In this document: one piece after another, positions 53,791 through 63,461 of the stretch
Layout: each line of letters opens with the position of its first letter
Position numbering within the stretch: position 1 is the first letter of the stretch
Source of the DNA: Candidatus Aminicenantes bacterium
GTDB lineage: Bacteria > Acidobacteriota > Aminicenantia > Aminicenantales > Aminicenantaceae
Assembly (NCBI GenBank): GCA_021162615.1
Contig: JAGGYH010000100.1
Coordinates: 6,065-70,064 of the forward strand
Reading direction: 5' to 3'
Length of the DNA: 64,000 nt
Position numbers and translations under genes: made by a program
Notes under the pieces: model-generated
Seen by the model: only the letters and a program-made list of their open reading frames with translations
What the model was told of the DNA's origin: nothing
Databases searched by the model: none

Positions 53791-55749
53791 TTAATCTCCT
53801 TCCAGAATTGTATTAACCATAGAATAAATCTGGTCATCAGTAAAGTTCTTTTGTTGAGCTGCACCGGATGGACAGGCAGCAATGCACGAACCGCAGCCTT
53901 CGCAGAGAACTTCGTTGACAGAAACGATGCCTTTTTCTTCATCAAAAACTCTGGCATCATAGGGACAGATCGGAATACAGAGTTTACATCCGCTGCACAG
54001 TTCTTCGTCCACAGCCGCCACAATGGGTTCCTGGTGAAGCACATCTCCGGAAAACATGGCTTGGACTTTGCTGGCTGCCCCGCTTGCTTGAGCCACAGCT
54101 TCGGGAATATCTTTGGGGGCTTGTCCGGCGCCAGCTACAAAAAGTCCTCCGGTGACACTTTCTACAGGCCTTAATTTTGGATGAGCCTCAGCAAGGAAAC
54201 CATCTTTATCTAAAGCAATTTTTAATTGTTTGGCCAGTTCATCTGTTTGATGAGAAGGTTCCATGGCCATAGCCAGAACCACCATATCTGCATTGATCTC
54301 GATATCTTTTCCGGTCAAAGTATCCACTCCCCAAACAGTGACTTTTCCGTTGTTTTGGAAAACCTTGGATACTTTTCCTCTTAAATATACAACTCCTTCT
54401 TCCTCCACAGCTCTCTGAACAAATTCTTCGTAATTTTTGCCTCCTGATCTTATGTCTATGTAAAAAACATAGGCTTGGCCGTCAGGGACATGTTCTTTGT
54501 ACAGCAGGGCATGCTTGGCTGTGTACATACAGCAAATTTTTGAGCAGTAAGGTTTGTGCAGCTCAGGGTCTCTGGAGCCGCAGCATTGGATAAAGACCAC
54601 TTCTTTAGGCACTTTATGGTCAGAAGGCCTTAATATTTCTCCAGCAGTCGGCCCTGAAGCAGACAGCAGTCTTTCAAACTGAAGACCGTCCAATACATCA
54701 GGATATTTTCCCCGGCCGTATTCAGCCATGTTTTTTTTGCTGTAGAGATCATATCCGGTTGTCACCACAATGGCGCCGACTTCTTCTTCCACGATTTCGG
54801 GTTTCATGTCAAAATCAATGGCATTGGGCTCACATACATCAGCGCATTTGCCGCAGGCAATAGGCAGCACGCCCGGACAGTTTTCAATATCCAAAGTGTA
54901 TGTGGCTGGTATGGCCTGGGGGAATGGAATATAGATGGCTTTTCTTCCGGTCAATCCTTCATCGAATTCATTGGGAACCACCACCGGACATACTTTGGTG
55001 CATTCATCGCATAAAGTGCAGACGTCAGGATCGACATAGGTGGGTTTTTTTAGTATCTTCACTTTAAAATTACCTACATATCCAGTAACTTCTTGAATCT
55101 CACTATAGGTCATGAGTTTTATTTTTGGGTGATTTGCCACTTCCACCATTTTTGGGGTCATGATGCATTGAGAGCAGTCAAGAGTAGGAAAGGTTTCGGA
55201 TAATTGGATCATATGTCCGCCGATGGAAGGAGACCTTTCCACCAGGATCACCTCATGTCCTCCGTCTGCGATATCTAGGGCGGCCTGAATGCCTGAGATG
55301 CCTCCGCCTATGACCAGAGCTCGTTTAGTGACGGGGACAGATATGGGTTCCAGGGATTCATTTCTCAAGACTTTTTGTACAATACTTTTAACGATTTTTT
55401 TGGCTTTGGATGTGGCTTTTTCTTTGTCTTTATGAACCCAGCTGCACTGCTCTCTTATATTTGCGATTTCACATTGGTAAGGATTAAGGCCTGCGGATTG
55501 GGTTACGTTTCTGAATGTTTTTTCATGCAGGCTCGGGGAGCAGCAGGCTACCACAACACTGTCAAGTTTGTGTTCTTTTATGGCATTTTCAATCAGTTTT
55601 TGCCCCGGATCCGAACACATATACACATAGTCTTCGGCATGGACCACGCCTTCATACTTAGATAGTTCTTTAGCGACGTCTTTAACGTCTACTGTACCTG
55701 CTATGTTTATGCCGCAATGGCATACGAAAACTCCTGTCCGTTTTTTCAT
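53791..55749 (-). CDS. hdrA: heterodisulfide reductase subunit A-like FAD/FeS protein
   Basis: N-terminal VFVCHCGINIAG, FAD fold VIGGGISGIQAALD, several CxxCxxCxxxCP ferredoxin motifs. 652 aa. Confidence 0.85.
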   Translation of the reverse strand: MKKRTGVFVCHCGINIAGTVDVKDVAKELSKYEGVVHAEDYVYMCSDPGQKLIENAIKEHKLDSVVVACCSPSLHEKTFRNVTQSAGLNPYQCEIANIREQCSWVHKDKEKATSKAKKIVKSIVQKVLRNESLEPISVPVTKRALVIGGGISGIQAALDIADGGHEVILVERSPSIGGHMIQLSETFPTLDCSQCIMTPKMVEVANHPKIKLMTYSEIQEVTGYVGNFKVKILKKPTYVDPDVCTLCDECTKVCPVVVPNEFDEGLTGRKAIYIPFPQAIPATYTLDIENCPGVLPIACGKCADVCEPNAIDFDMKPEIVEEEVGAIVVTTGYDLYSKKNMAEYGRGKYPDVLDGLQFERLLSASGPTAGEILRPSDHKVPKEVVFIQCCGSRDPELHKPYCSKICCMYTAKHALLYKEHVPDGQAYVFYIDIRSGGKNYEEFVQRAVEEEGVVYLRGKVSKVFQNNGKVTVWGVDTLTGKDIEINADMVVLAMAMEPSHQTDELAKQLKIALDKDGFLAEAHPKLRPVESVTGGLFVAGAGQAPKDIPEAVAQASGAASKVQAMFSGDVLHQEPIVAAVDEELCSGCKLCIPICPYDARVFDEEKGIVSVNEVLCEGCGSCIAACPSGAAQQKNFTDDQIYSMVNTILEGD

Positions 55750-55837
55750 TGCATTACCTTATTAGTAGTCATTTGTTTTAATGATTATTTTGTAAATATA
55801 TGCTAGAACCTTTCTATCTTTTTTCATGACTGTATTG

Positions 55838-56389
55838 CTACTGAGTTTTTTCTTTAAGAACTTCTAAACCGTATTCATATCCTTTATCAAAGGCTTTTTT
55901 ATTCAGGTCAAGAAATCTGTCAGGTACAAGACCAGGGAGGGCTTTTTTCATGACATCCGGTGTGGTGATCTTGGTGACAGCTGTGAAAAAGCCCATCATG
56001 ACCAGGTTAGCAATGATGCGGTTTCCCAGCTCTTCAGCAAATCTGGTGGCAGGTACAGAATAATGTGTAATGTTTTTTCTTTCTGTTTTAGGCTTAACCA
56101 AATCAGTATCAGTGATGAGGAGACCATTGTCCTTGAGTTCATTCTGATATTTTTCATAGGCTTCCTGAGACATAGATACCAATATATCGGGTCTTGTGAT
56201 GTAAGGATAGAGGACTCTTTCATCAGAAACAATGAGTTGAGAACTGCAGGCGCCCCCACGGGCTTCCGGTCCAAAGCTCTGGTTCATGGTAGAAAACTTA
56301 CCCCCATAAATGGAAAGAGCTTTCCCTCCTATCAGAGCGCATCTTATGATTCCTTGGCCTCCATAACCAGAAAATCTTATCTCAGTCAT
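55838..56389 (-). CDS. 2-oxoacid:ferredoxin oxidoreductase gamma subunit (Oor/Kor-type)
   Basis: 183 aa, IRFSGYGGQGII N-terminus typical of gamma subunits. Confidence 0.85.
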   Translation of the reverse strand: MTEIRFSGYGGQGIIRCALIGGKALSIYGGKFSTMNQSFGPEARGGACSSQLIVSDERVLYPYITRPDILVSMSQEAYEKYQNELKDNGLLITDTDLVKPKTERKNITHYSVPATRFAEELGNRIIANLVMMGFFTAVTKITTPDVMKKALPGLVPDRFLDLNKKAFDKGYEYGLEVLKEKTQ

Positions 56390-57252
56390 TTTACTTCTCC
56401 ATAAGGTGTGTATTTGTCACCCAGAACTTTAGAAAGATGCTGATTCATGGCATCCAGGAAAGTGGGTTTTTCTTTGTCTACAAATTTGCCAACGATAAGC
56501 TTTCCTTGATATGTGATATCAAGGTCTTTGGTATCAGCGTTATGCTGGATTTCAGAATTGTCATAGTAATACTTAAGTAAGTTCAGGCCATCCCCGAGAC
56601 GGTTTCTCCGTGCATAAAGAGTCGTGCAGGGAGTGATGACTTCAATAAAAGAAAAACCTCTTCGGTGCAAAGCTTCTTGAATGGATTTTGTGACTCTTCT
56701 TAGATGAAGCGCAGTCCATCGGGCAATATAAGTCCCTCCGGCTGATGCCACAAGGTGGGGAAGATTAAAAGGATATTCAAAATTTCCGAACGGAGCTGTG
56801 GATGCATTGGCATCTATTGGAGTAGTGGCGGCCACCTGGCCTCCGGTCATGGCATAATTAAAATTATTAACCAGTATGACCAGCATATCCATGTTTCGTC
56901 TGGCTGCATGGATGAGATGATTTCCTCCTATCCCAGCTATATCGCCGTCTCCGCTGAATACGACGATTTTAGTTTTTGGATTTGCCAGTTTAAGTCCTGT
57001 AGCAAACGGGATAGCTCTTCCGTGAGTGGTGTGGAAAGAATCTAATTTCATGTATCCGGCCACTCTGCCTGTACAGCCGATTCCTGAGACCACAACTATA
57101 TTATCCAAATCAGTCTCTTCTTTCCTCAAAGCCTCTGCAAAGGAGGTGACCACGGTCCCGATGCCGCAGCCTGGGCACCAAATATGAGGCATCCTGTCCA
57201 TTCGCAGTATTCTTTCTACCGGATTTCTTTGCGGCTGCTTCTTTTCTGTCAT
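56386..57252 (-). CDS. korB: 2-oxoacid:ferredoxin oxidoreductase beta subunit (TPP-binding)
   Basis: WCPGCG, GIGCTGR, SGDGD TPP motif. Overlaps both neighbours by 4 nt. Confidence 0.85.
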   Translation of the reverse strand: MTEKKQPQRNPVERILRMDRMPHIWCPGCGIGTVVTSFAEALRKEETDLDNIVVVSGIGCTGRVAGYMKLDSFHTTHGRAIPFATGLKLANPKTKIVVFSGDGDIAGIGGNHLIHAARRNMDMLVILVNNFNYAMTGGQVAATTPIDANASTAPFGNFEYPFNLPHLVASAGGTYIARWTALHLRRVTKSIQEALHRRGFSFIEVITPCTTLYARRNRLGDGLNLLKYYYDNSEIQHNADTKDLDITYQGKLIVGKFVDKEKPTFLDAMNQHLSKVLGDKYTPYGEVK

Positions 57253-58421
57253 TTTACGGCCTCCTTGATTGCTTTAAAGATGTCATCTGGGTTATGGACC
57301 CATCCTCCTAAATGGGGAACACTCACCACTTTGCACTTATTTCTGGAGCATCTGTCCACTTCTAAAAAGACCTGGCCGGCATTTATTTCAGGAACCACGA
57401 TAGCTTTGACTTTTTTTGCCAGTTCCTCGATTTTCTTTTCCGGGAAAGGCCATACAGTGATTAAGCGGATAGTCCCTGTTTTGATCCCTTCTTTTCGGGC
57501 CTGCTGGACGGCTCTGAACGCTACTCTGGATGTAATACCATAGGAAAGGACTATGACTTCAGCACCATCAATTTGTTCCTCTTCCATTTCTATGATTTTG
57601 TCCGCATTATTTTTGATTTTGTCTATGAGATGCTGCACATTTATTTTCTGGCATTCTGCATTAAGGAGGGGATATCCTCTTTCATCGTGTGTCAGTCCGG
57701 TAATATGAAAACGGTATCCCTGTCCTGTTTTGACCATGAAAGGGATTCCGTCAGAATCGCATTTGTAGGGCAGGTATTTATCTTTAGGGCCCTTATACCA
57801 CTTTCTCTCTACAATCTCTATTTCTTCGGCTGGAGGTATAACCACCTTTTCATGCATATGCCCCACACATTCGTCTGTCATTACAAAAACCGGAACACGG
57901 AATAATTCTGATAGATTAAATGCTTTGATGGTCATATCAAAACATTCCTGCGGGGAATCTGGGGAAAGGGCAATGATTTCATAATCCCCATGAGAACCCC
58001 ATCTCGCCTGCATCATATCCTGCTGACTGGTCAGGGTGGGTAGGCCGGTTGAAGGCCCTCCTCTCTGGACGTTGGCTATGACTAGAGGAGTTTCTAACAT
58101 GCAGGCCAAACCAATGTTTTCCTGCATCAGAGAAAATCCAGGACCGGAAGTCACGGTCATGGCTTTGAGTCCTCCCCAAGCTGCTCCTATTAAAGATGCG
58201 ATTGAGCCCAGTTCGTCTTCCATCTGAATAAAGACTCCCCCAACTACAGGAATTCTTTCAGAAAATCTTTCAGCTGTTTCTGTGGAGGGGGTTATGGGAT
58301 AACCTCCGAAAAAGCGGCATCCTGCTGCAAGGGCTCCCTCAGCTAAAGCGTAGTCTCCATCCATAAAGTGGGAACCCGTTAAGACTCCTTTAGGATCTGC
58401 TTTGGACTTTTTCACCTTCAT
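57249..58421 (-). CDS. korA: 2-oxoacid:ferredoxin oxidoreductase alpha subunit
   Basis: 390 aa with GYPITPSTE and TSGPGFSLM motifs. Confidence 0.85.
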   Translation of the reverse strand: MKVKKSKADPKGVLTGSHFMDGDYALAEGALAAGCRFFGGYPITPSTETAERFSERIPVVGGVFIQMEDELGSIASLIGAAWGGLKAMTVTSGPGFSLMQENIGLACMLETPLVIANVQRGGPSTGLPTLTSQQDMMQARWGSHGDYEIIALSPDSPQECFDMTIKAFNLSELFRVPVFVMTDECVGHMHEKVVIPPAEEIEIVERKWYKGPKDKYLPYKCDSDGIPFMVKTGQGYRFHITGLTHDERGYPLLNAECQKINVQHLIDKIKNNADKIIEMEEEQIDGAEVIVLSYGITSRVAFRAVQQARKEGIKTGTIRLITVWPFPEKKIEELAKKVKAIVVPEINAGQVFLEVDRCSRNKCKVVSVPHLGGWVHNPDDIFKAIKEAVK

Positions 58422-58665
58422 CCTCCTCTTTCTTTATGGTTACAAAAATAGCAAATTCCGGACATATTGTCTCACAAAGCTGGCAGTAGCAACAATTATC
58501 TTCGTTTTTAATATAAGGGGGGTGATATCCTTTTTTATTGAATTCATCAGATAATTCAAGCACTTCCCGTGGACAATATTCCACGCAAAATCCGCATCCT
58601 TTACATCGTTCTTTTTCGATGTGGATTTCACCCTTTATTGGTTTTAAATCTCCAAAATAAGTCAT
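58390..58665 (-). CDS. 2-oxoacid:ferredoxin oxidoreductase delta subunit (2x[4Fe-4S] ferredoxin)
   Basis: CKGCGFCVEYCP and CCYCQLCETICP. 91 aa. Confidence 0.8.
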   Translation of the reverse strand: MTYFGDLKPIKGEIHIEKERCKGCGFCVEYCPREVLELSDEFNKKGYHPPYIKNEDNCCYCQLCETICPEFAIFVTIKKEEDEGEKVQSRS

Positions 58666-58672
58666 TTGTACC

Positions 58673-59551
58673 TCAAATTAATCCTTTTTCCTTTAAAATA
58701 GGGTTGGGATCTATGTAATGAAGATCTAACCTCAAACTTTTATTGGCACAGCCGAGAGCGATGGCTAAAAGCTGTGTGAAGTAGAGAACAGGGATATTTT
58801 TGAATTCTGGATAAATTTGACGGGTCTTTTTCTGACGCTGATCAAGGTTGAACACACAAAGAGGACAGCTCGCTACAACCACATCCGCTCCTTGAGATTG
58901 AGCTGAAGAAAGAATTTGAAAGGTTCGTTCTGCCACCAATTCTTGATTGTCTACAGTTTGGTAAGCGCCGCAGCATTCTGTTTTATATGGAAATTCAACC
59001 GGCTGAGCTTCCAGTGCAGACATGAGGTTATCCATGGAATTTGGATTTTCCATGTCATCAAAGCCAATATTTTTGGGTCGGACCAACATGCAGCCATAAT
59101 AACTGGCTACTTTTAATCCTTTAAGTGGCTTTTTTACTTTTTTGGCTATGTTCTCGAGCTTGATGTCGTTCTGGAGAATTTCCAGAAGATGGAGCACTTC
59201 TACATCTCCCTCATATTTGATTTTTTCCCGATACATGAAATCATTGATTTTTTGTAGGTCTTCGGGATTGTCTTTGACTCGTTGATTGGCTCTTTTCAAG
59301 GTGTTGTAACACATGGCACAGAGAGTCATGACTTTGTTATTGTTTTGTTCTTTGACACGAATGAGATTTCGGATAGGGGCCACATGATGGATAAGGTCGT
59401 CAGTGGATAGGGAGAAAACCGTACCGCAGCAGTTCCATCGGGGCAGCTCTTCAACCCCCACATCAAGCTTTTTTAAAGAACATAAAGCTGAATCTTCGAA
59501 ATTTTTGGCGTGATTCTTGAGTGTGCATCCAGGGTAATAAGACAGTTTCAT
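58673..59551 (-). CDS. hdrB: heterodisulfide reductase subunit B-like protein (two CCG domains)
   Basis: YYPGC...NCCGT and SYYGC...ECCGAY duplicated CCG motifs. 292 aa. Confidence 0.8.
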   Translation of the reverse strand: MKLSYYPGCTLKNHAKNFEDSALCSLKKLDVGVEELPRWNCCGTVFSLSTDDLIHHVAPIRNLIRVKEQNNNKVMTLCAMCYNTLKRANQRVKDNPEDLQKINDFMYREKIKYEGDVEVLHLLEILQNDIKLENIAKKVKKPLKGLKVASYYGCMLVRPKNIGFDDMENPNSMDNLMSALEAQPVEFPYKTECCGAYQTVDNQELVAERTFQILSSAQSQGADVVVASCPLCVFNLDQRQKKTRQIYPEFKNIPVLYFTQLLAIALGCANKSLRLDLHYIDPNPILKEKGLI

Positions 59552-59594
59552 CTCTATGATTCCTTTGTAGATAATTTTGTGATCTCATAGATAT

Positions 59595-60002
59595 TTACGA
59601 GGTCGTTTTTCTAAAATTGCCCACTAAAGCAATGGGAGGAAGTTCTGACTTTTCTTTGGTGGAGAGCTTGTTGATATCCACATGATCTTTCCGCTGGCGA
59701 AGCAATACCTGTCTTAAGGCTTCCATGACTTCAGCGATATTAATCCCTTTAGGACAGCGGACATTGCAGGTTAAGCAGGATGCACAAATCCACATGGTAT
59801 TGGAATTTATCAGCTCGTCTTTAAGGCCCAATTGGGCATAACGGATGACTTGATTAGGCGGAAGATCCATCTGAGAAATGGCTGGACAGCCTGCAGAGCA
59901 TTTGCCGCATTGATAGCAGGCAAGCAGATTTTGACCGCTTAATTCTTCCACTTTGGCAACAAAAGGACTTCTGATTTTTTGGCGGGAAATGATGGTTTTC
60001 AT
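59595..60002 (-). CDS. hdrC: heterodisulfide reductase subunit C-like 2x[4Fe-4S] protein
   Basis: CYQCGKCSAGCP and CASCLTCNVRCP. 135 aa. Confidence 0.75.
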   Translation of the reverse strand: MKTIISRQKIRSPFVAKVEELSGQNLLACYQCGKCSAGCPAISQMDLPPNQVIRYAQLGLKDELINSNTMWICASCLTCNVRCPKGINIAEVMEALRQVLLRQRKDHVDINKLSTKEKSELPPIALVGNFRKTTS

Positions 60003-60122
60003 TCGATCTTCCTTCTTCCTTCCATTAAAAAAGTGCTCATTTTATGAAAAATATTTTAATAAAATAAGACTCTACAGTGAAGCATAATTGAAAGATTGTG
60101 TCAAGAATTTATCAAAAAAATA

Positions 60123-62297
60123 TTATGACTTGAATTCCAGCTTCACTTTTCCCCAAATGAGAAGCAGAAGACAGAATGAACCGGCCAGAAATAAGTACTG
60201 AAGAACAAGGGGAAGCCCAACTAAAGGAATGAGAATGGATGAGACGGCAATAGCCCCTAGAAAAGAACCTATCAAGTCAAGTCCGTAGCCCAATCCGTAG
60301 TGCAGACCTTTTTTAAGGTAAAGCTGGTTTGATATGATAAACATCTCTCCGCCTATGGATCCAAGAAAAATGAGATACACGGGAAAGAAAAGAGGAGGAG
60401 GGGTTTGTTTAAGAAAAAGGAATAAGAGAAGCAAAAGGATCAGGGATTGGAATTGAACAACAATCAAATGCTTGAGATCAACATTCTTTATCTTGGTGCC
60501 TAGATAGGCTCCCAGAGCCATCCCTGCCATGAAAGAGGCAAAGAGAAGAGATACGGTATGATAGATATACCCGTAAAGAGTCTGGAAAGCGATGATGACT
60601 ATGATTTCCACAGCGATGGACGTAAGTCCTATAAGGATCAATGGGGTCAGGTAAAAAGAGGATTCTTTCTTTTTGAGCCCTATGATGATCAAGACAGCGG
60701 CAAACACAATCAGAGGAAAATCCAGGATCCAGAAACGACCTTTCTCGGAGAGGAATGAAAGGAGCTGGATCTCTACCCCTTTAAAATGGGTGCTTCTGAG
60801 TACTGAATTGTAAAAATAACTGATAGGGAAAAGGTCTTTGTTCACCTGTTTTTTCCCGGACACGATTTTTTCTCTGAGAGACTGAACCCGCTGAGGAGAT
60901 AAGCGGGCTTGCAGAAGATAAGGAGAGACATATGTGTTGTGGAGGCCAAGGTCCTTTATTTTTTGGCTGAGTTTATCCGGGTCGAGGTCATTGAGATATG
61001 AGGAAGCAAGAAAGATATTTGAGGCTCCCGGCACGATTTTCACTTCATTGAATACAGAACGGAGAGTGAAATAAAGGCAGCTTAAAAAATCTTGAAGCTG
61101 GGGACTGATATAGTTTTCAGCCGAGGGAACCTGAAATGAAAAAACGCCCTCAGGGTGGAGTTTTTTTTTGACGATTTGAAAAAATTCCTGAGTGTAAAAC
61201 CGGTTAAGCTGTGCTGTTTCAGGAGGGGGAAGGTTTAAAATGATGACATGGTATGTTTTTTTTGTCTTTGATATAAAAACCCTTCCGTCTTCGTAATGGA
61301 CACTGATCCGGGGATGATTACGGATATGGTTCTCAAATTCAGGGAGAAAACGGGAAGATATTCGGATGACTTCAGGGTCCAGCTCTACATAATCAATATT
61401 TATATCAGGATATTTGAGGAGCTGGCTGAGGCTTCCGGACAGCCCTCCTCCTATGAGTAAAACATTTCCTGTCCCGGACTTTTGAAGCATTGCGAAATGC
61501 ACCGCTTCTTCGGCTGATGACAGATCAGGATAAGTGTAACCTTTGGAGTGGTTGTTATAGAGAGTGATTTGTTCTTGGATTTTTACGATTTGGAGTTTTC
61601 CATAGGGAGAGTCTTGACTTGCCGCAAGGGAGAAAGGTTTCCAGTAGAGTTCCTGCATGGGAAGGTCAAGGATCCAGAAAGCAGCCAGAGCTAGGACAGC
61701 AACAGGAAGAAATAGGGCTTGTTTCTTGTTTGGGAAGACAAGATAGATGACGGCAGCACAGACCATTCCTATCAAACTTGCGGCTTTCCAGTTAGAGAGA
61801 TGGGGAACAAGAAAGAAATAAACGATAATTCCCCCTGAAGCTGCACCAATAGATTCAAAAAGATAGACTTTGGAGACCTTTCCGCTTAGAAAATTTGTAT
61901 TGAAAACAAAAAGAACTCCCAAAGGAAAGCACATAAAGAGAGAAATGAAGAGAGCTGAGATGAGCATAGGAAAGAGCCCCATAAGTTCACCCGGGCTCTC
62001 TTTGAATATAAATCGAATCATTCTGAGCCCTATAAAGCAGAGGGGAAAAACAAGTATGACCAGATAGTAAAGTCCTGAAAATTTAGTCATGGAGAACTTA
62101 AAAAGGGAACCTGAAAGGCTCCCTATTCCCGTCCAGAAAAGCCATGCTCCCAGCATAATGCCGAATGTTATTTCACTGCCTGCGAATTGAACGGAAAATT
62201 CCCGAAGGATAAGCACTTGAAAAGAAAGAGCCATAAACCCGAGGATAAAAGAGGGGAGTAAAAAATGTATTTGATGATGGAAAATTGACTTTTTCAT
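60123..62297 (-). CDS. membrane-embedded spermidine synthase-like (aminopropyl/methyltransferase fold) fusion protein
   Basis: About 7 N-terminal and about 5 C-terminal hydrophobic helices flank a soluble domain with VLLIGGGLSGSLSQLL...VELDPEV. ATG 62297 is preferred. Confidence 0.65.
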   Translation of the reverse strand: MKKSIFHHQIHFLLPSFILGFMALSFQVLILREFSVQFAGSEITFGIMLGAWLFWTGIGSLSGSLFKFSMTKFSGLYYLVILVFPLCFIGLRMIRFIFKESPGELMGLFPMLISALFISLFMCFPLGVLFVFNTNFLSGKVSKVYLFESIGAASGGIIVYFFLVPHLSNWKAASLIGMVCAAVIYLVFPNKKQALFLPVAVLALAAFWILDLPMQELYWKPFSLAASQDSPYGKLQIVKIQEQITLYNNHSKGYTYPDLSSAEEAVHFAMLQKSGTGNVLLIGGGLSGSLSQLLKYPDINIDYVELDPEVIRISSRFLPEFENHIRNHPRISVHYEDGRVFISKTKKTYHVIILNLPPPETAQLNRFYTQEFFQIVKKKLHPEGVFSFQVPSAENYISPQLQDFLSCLYFTLRSVFNEVKIVPGASNIFLASSYLNDLDPDKLSQKIKDLGLHNTYVSPYLLQARLSPQRVQSLREKIVSGKKQVNKDLFPISYFYNSVLRSTHFKGVEIQLLSFLSEKGRFWILDFPLIVFAAVLIIIGLKKKESSFYLTPLILIGLTSIAVEIIVIIAFQTLYGYIYHTVSLLFASFMAGMALGAYLGTKIKNVDLKHLIVVQFQSLILLLLLFLFLKQTPPPLFFPVYLIFLGSIGGEMFIISNQLYLKKGLHYGLGYGLDLIGSFLGAIAVSSILIPLVGLPLVLQYLFLAGSFCLLLLIWGKVKLEFKS

Positions 62298-62339
62298 GCC
62301 TTGATTCCTCTTCACCCGGGAATGGATCATTCGTTCAAT

Positions 62340-63461
62340 TTAGGACCAGAAACCGGGAATTTCTTGGCCGCAGAATACGCACCGCCCGTTTTCAATATTT
62401 ATTTTACCTATAAGATAGCCTGTTCGGTTTACAATGATTTTACCGCAGTGAGGGCAGTAAGTGTTTTCCGCTTCATGAGCCGGGATATTGCCAATATACA
62501 CATAATTCAGGCCTTCCTCCAGAGCTGTGTTTCTGAGGATTTCCAGAGTCGATATAGGAGTGGGAGGAAGATTTTTCATGAGATAGTTAGGATAAAAGCG
62601 GGAAAAGTGAAGGGGAACATCAGGACCTATTTCGTTTTTTATCCAGCGGCACATCTGACGTATTTCCGAAGGGGTGTCATTTAAAGTGGGGATGACAAGA
62701 TAGACGATTTCCAGCCACACCTGACTTTTAGAGGCAGTCACAACGGCATCCAGAACAGGCTGGAGCTTGCCTCTGACATATTTGGTATAGAAGTCTTGGT
62801 TAAACGCTTTAAGGTCTATCTTGACTCCGTCCACCACTTCCAGAAGGTCCTTGAAAGGTTCAGGATTGACATGAGCTCCGGTTATCACAACGTTTTTAAT
62901 TCCTTTTTTTCTGGCTTCCAGGGAAGTGTCGTACATGTATTCAAAAAATATGACAGGCTCGGAATAAGTGTACGCTATGCTGGGGCAGTTGTTTTTTTGC
63001 GCTGTTTTGACGACTGATTCGGGAGGAAGGTCAATATGGGTGATCTGTTCAGGTCTTACTTGAGAGATCTCCCAGTTCTGACAGAATTTGCAGTTCACAT
63101 TACATCCTGCGGTGGCTATGGAAAGGGCAGTGGTTTTTGGCAGAAAATGGAAAAGCGGCTTTTTTTCAATGGGGTCCACATGAACAGCGCAGGCTTTTCC
63201 ATAAACCAGCGTGTAGTATGTTCCTCCCATATTTTCCCTGACTCCGCAGTAGCCCCTCTCTTTATCCCCCAGTTTGCAGAACCGAGGGCAGAGTTGGCAT
63301 TCAATCTCTCTGTCAGGGAGTTTTTTGTAATATCTGGCTTCAACTTTTGATAGGTTTGATTCATTGGAGAAAGAAAAAAGATCGGATGCAAAAGGGAGAA
63401 GGCATCTTTTGGGAGTTATCCCTGCGGCAGCTGAGAACTTCAGAAAATTCCGTCTTTTCAT
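62340..63461 (-). CDS. AmmeMemoRadiSam-type radical SAM enzyme carrying an N-terminal twin-arginine (Tat) signal
   Basis: MKRRNFLKFSAAAG (RRxFLK). CNVNCKFCQNW radical SAM CxxxCxxC. N-terminal CQLCPRFC...YC and C-terminal CPHCG...CVFCG cysteine motifs typical of this family. Confidence 0.75.
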   Translation of the reverse strand: MKRRNFLKFSAAAGITPKRCLLPFASDLFSFSNESNLSKVEARYYKKLPDREIECQLCPRFCKLGDKERGYCGVRENMGGTYYTLVYGKACAVHVDPIEKKPLFHFLPKTTALSIATAGCNVNCKFCQNWEISQVRPEQITHIDLPPESVVKTAQKNNCPSIAYTYSEPVIFFEYMYDTSLEARKKGIKNVVITGAHVNPEPFKDLLEVVDGVKIDLKAFNQDFYTKYVRGKLQPVLDAVVTASKSQVWLEIVYLVIPTLNDTPSEIRQMCRWIKNEIGPDVPLHFSRFYPNYLMKNLPPTPISTLEILRNTALEEGLNYVYIGNIPAHEAENTYCPHCGKIIVNRTGYLIGKINIENGRCVFCGQEIPGFWS

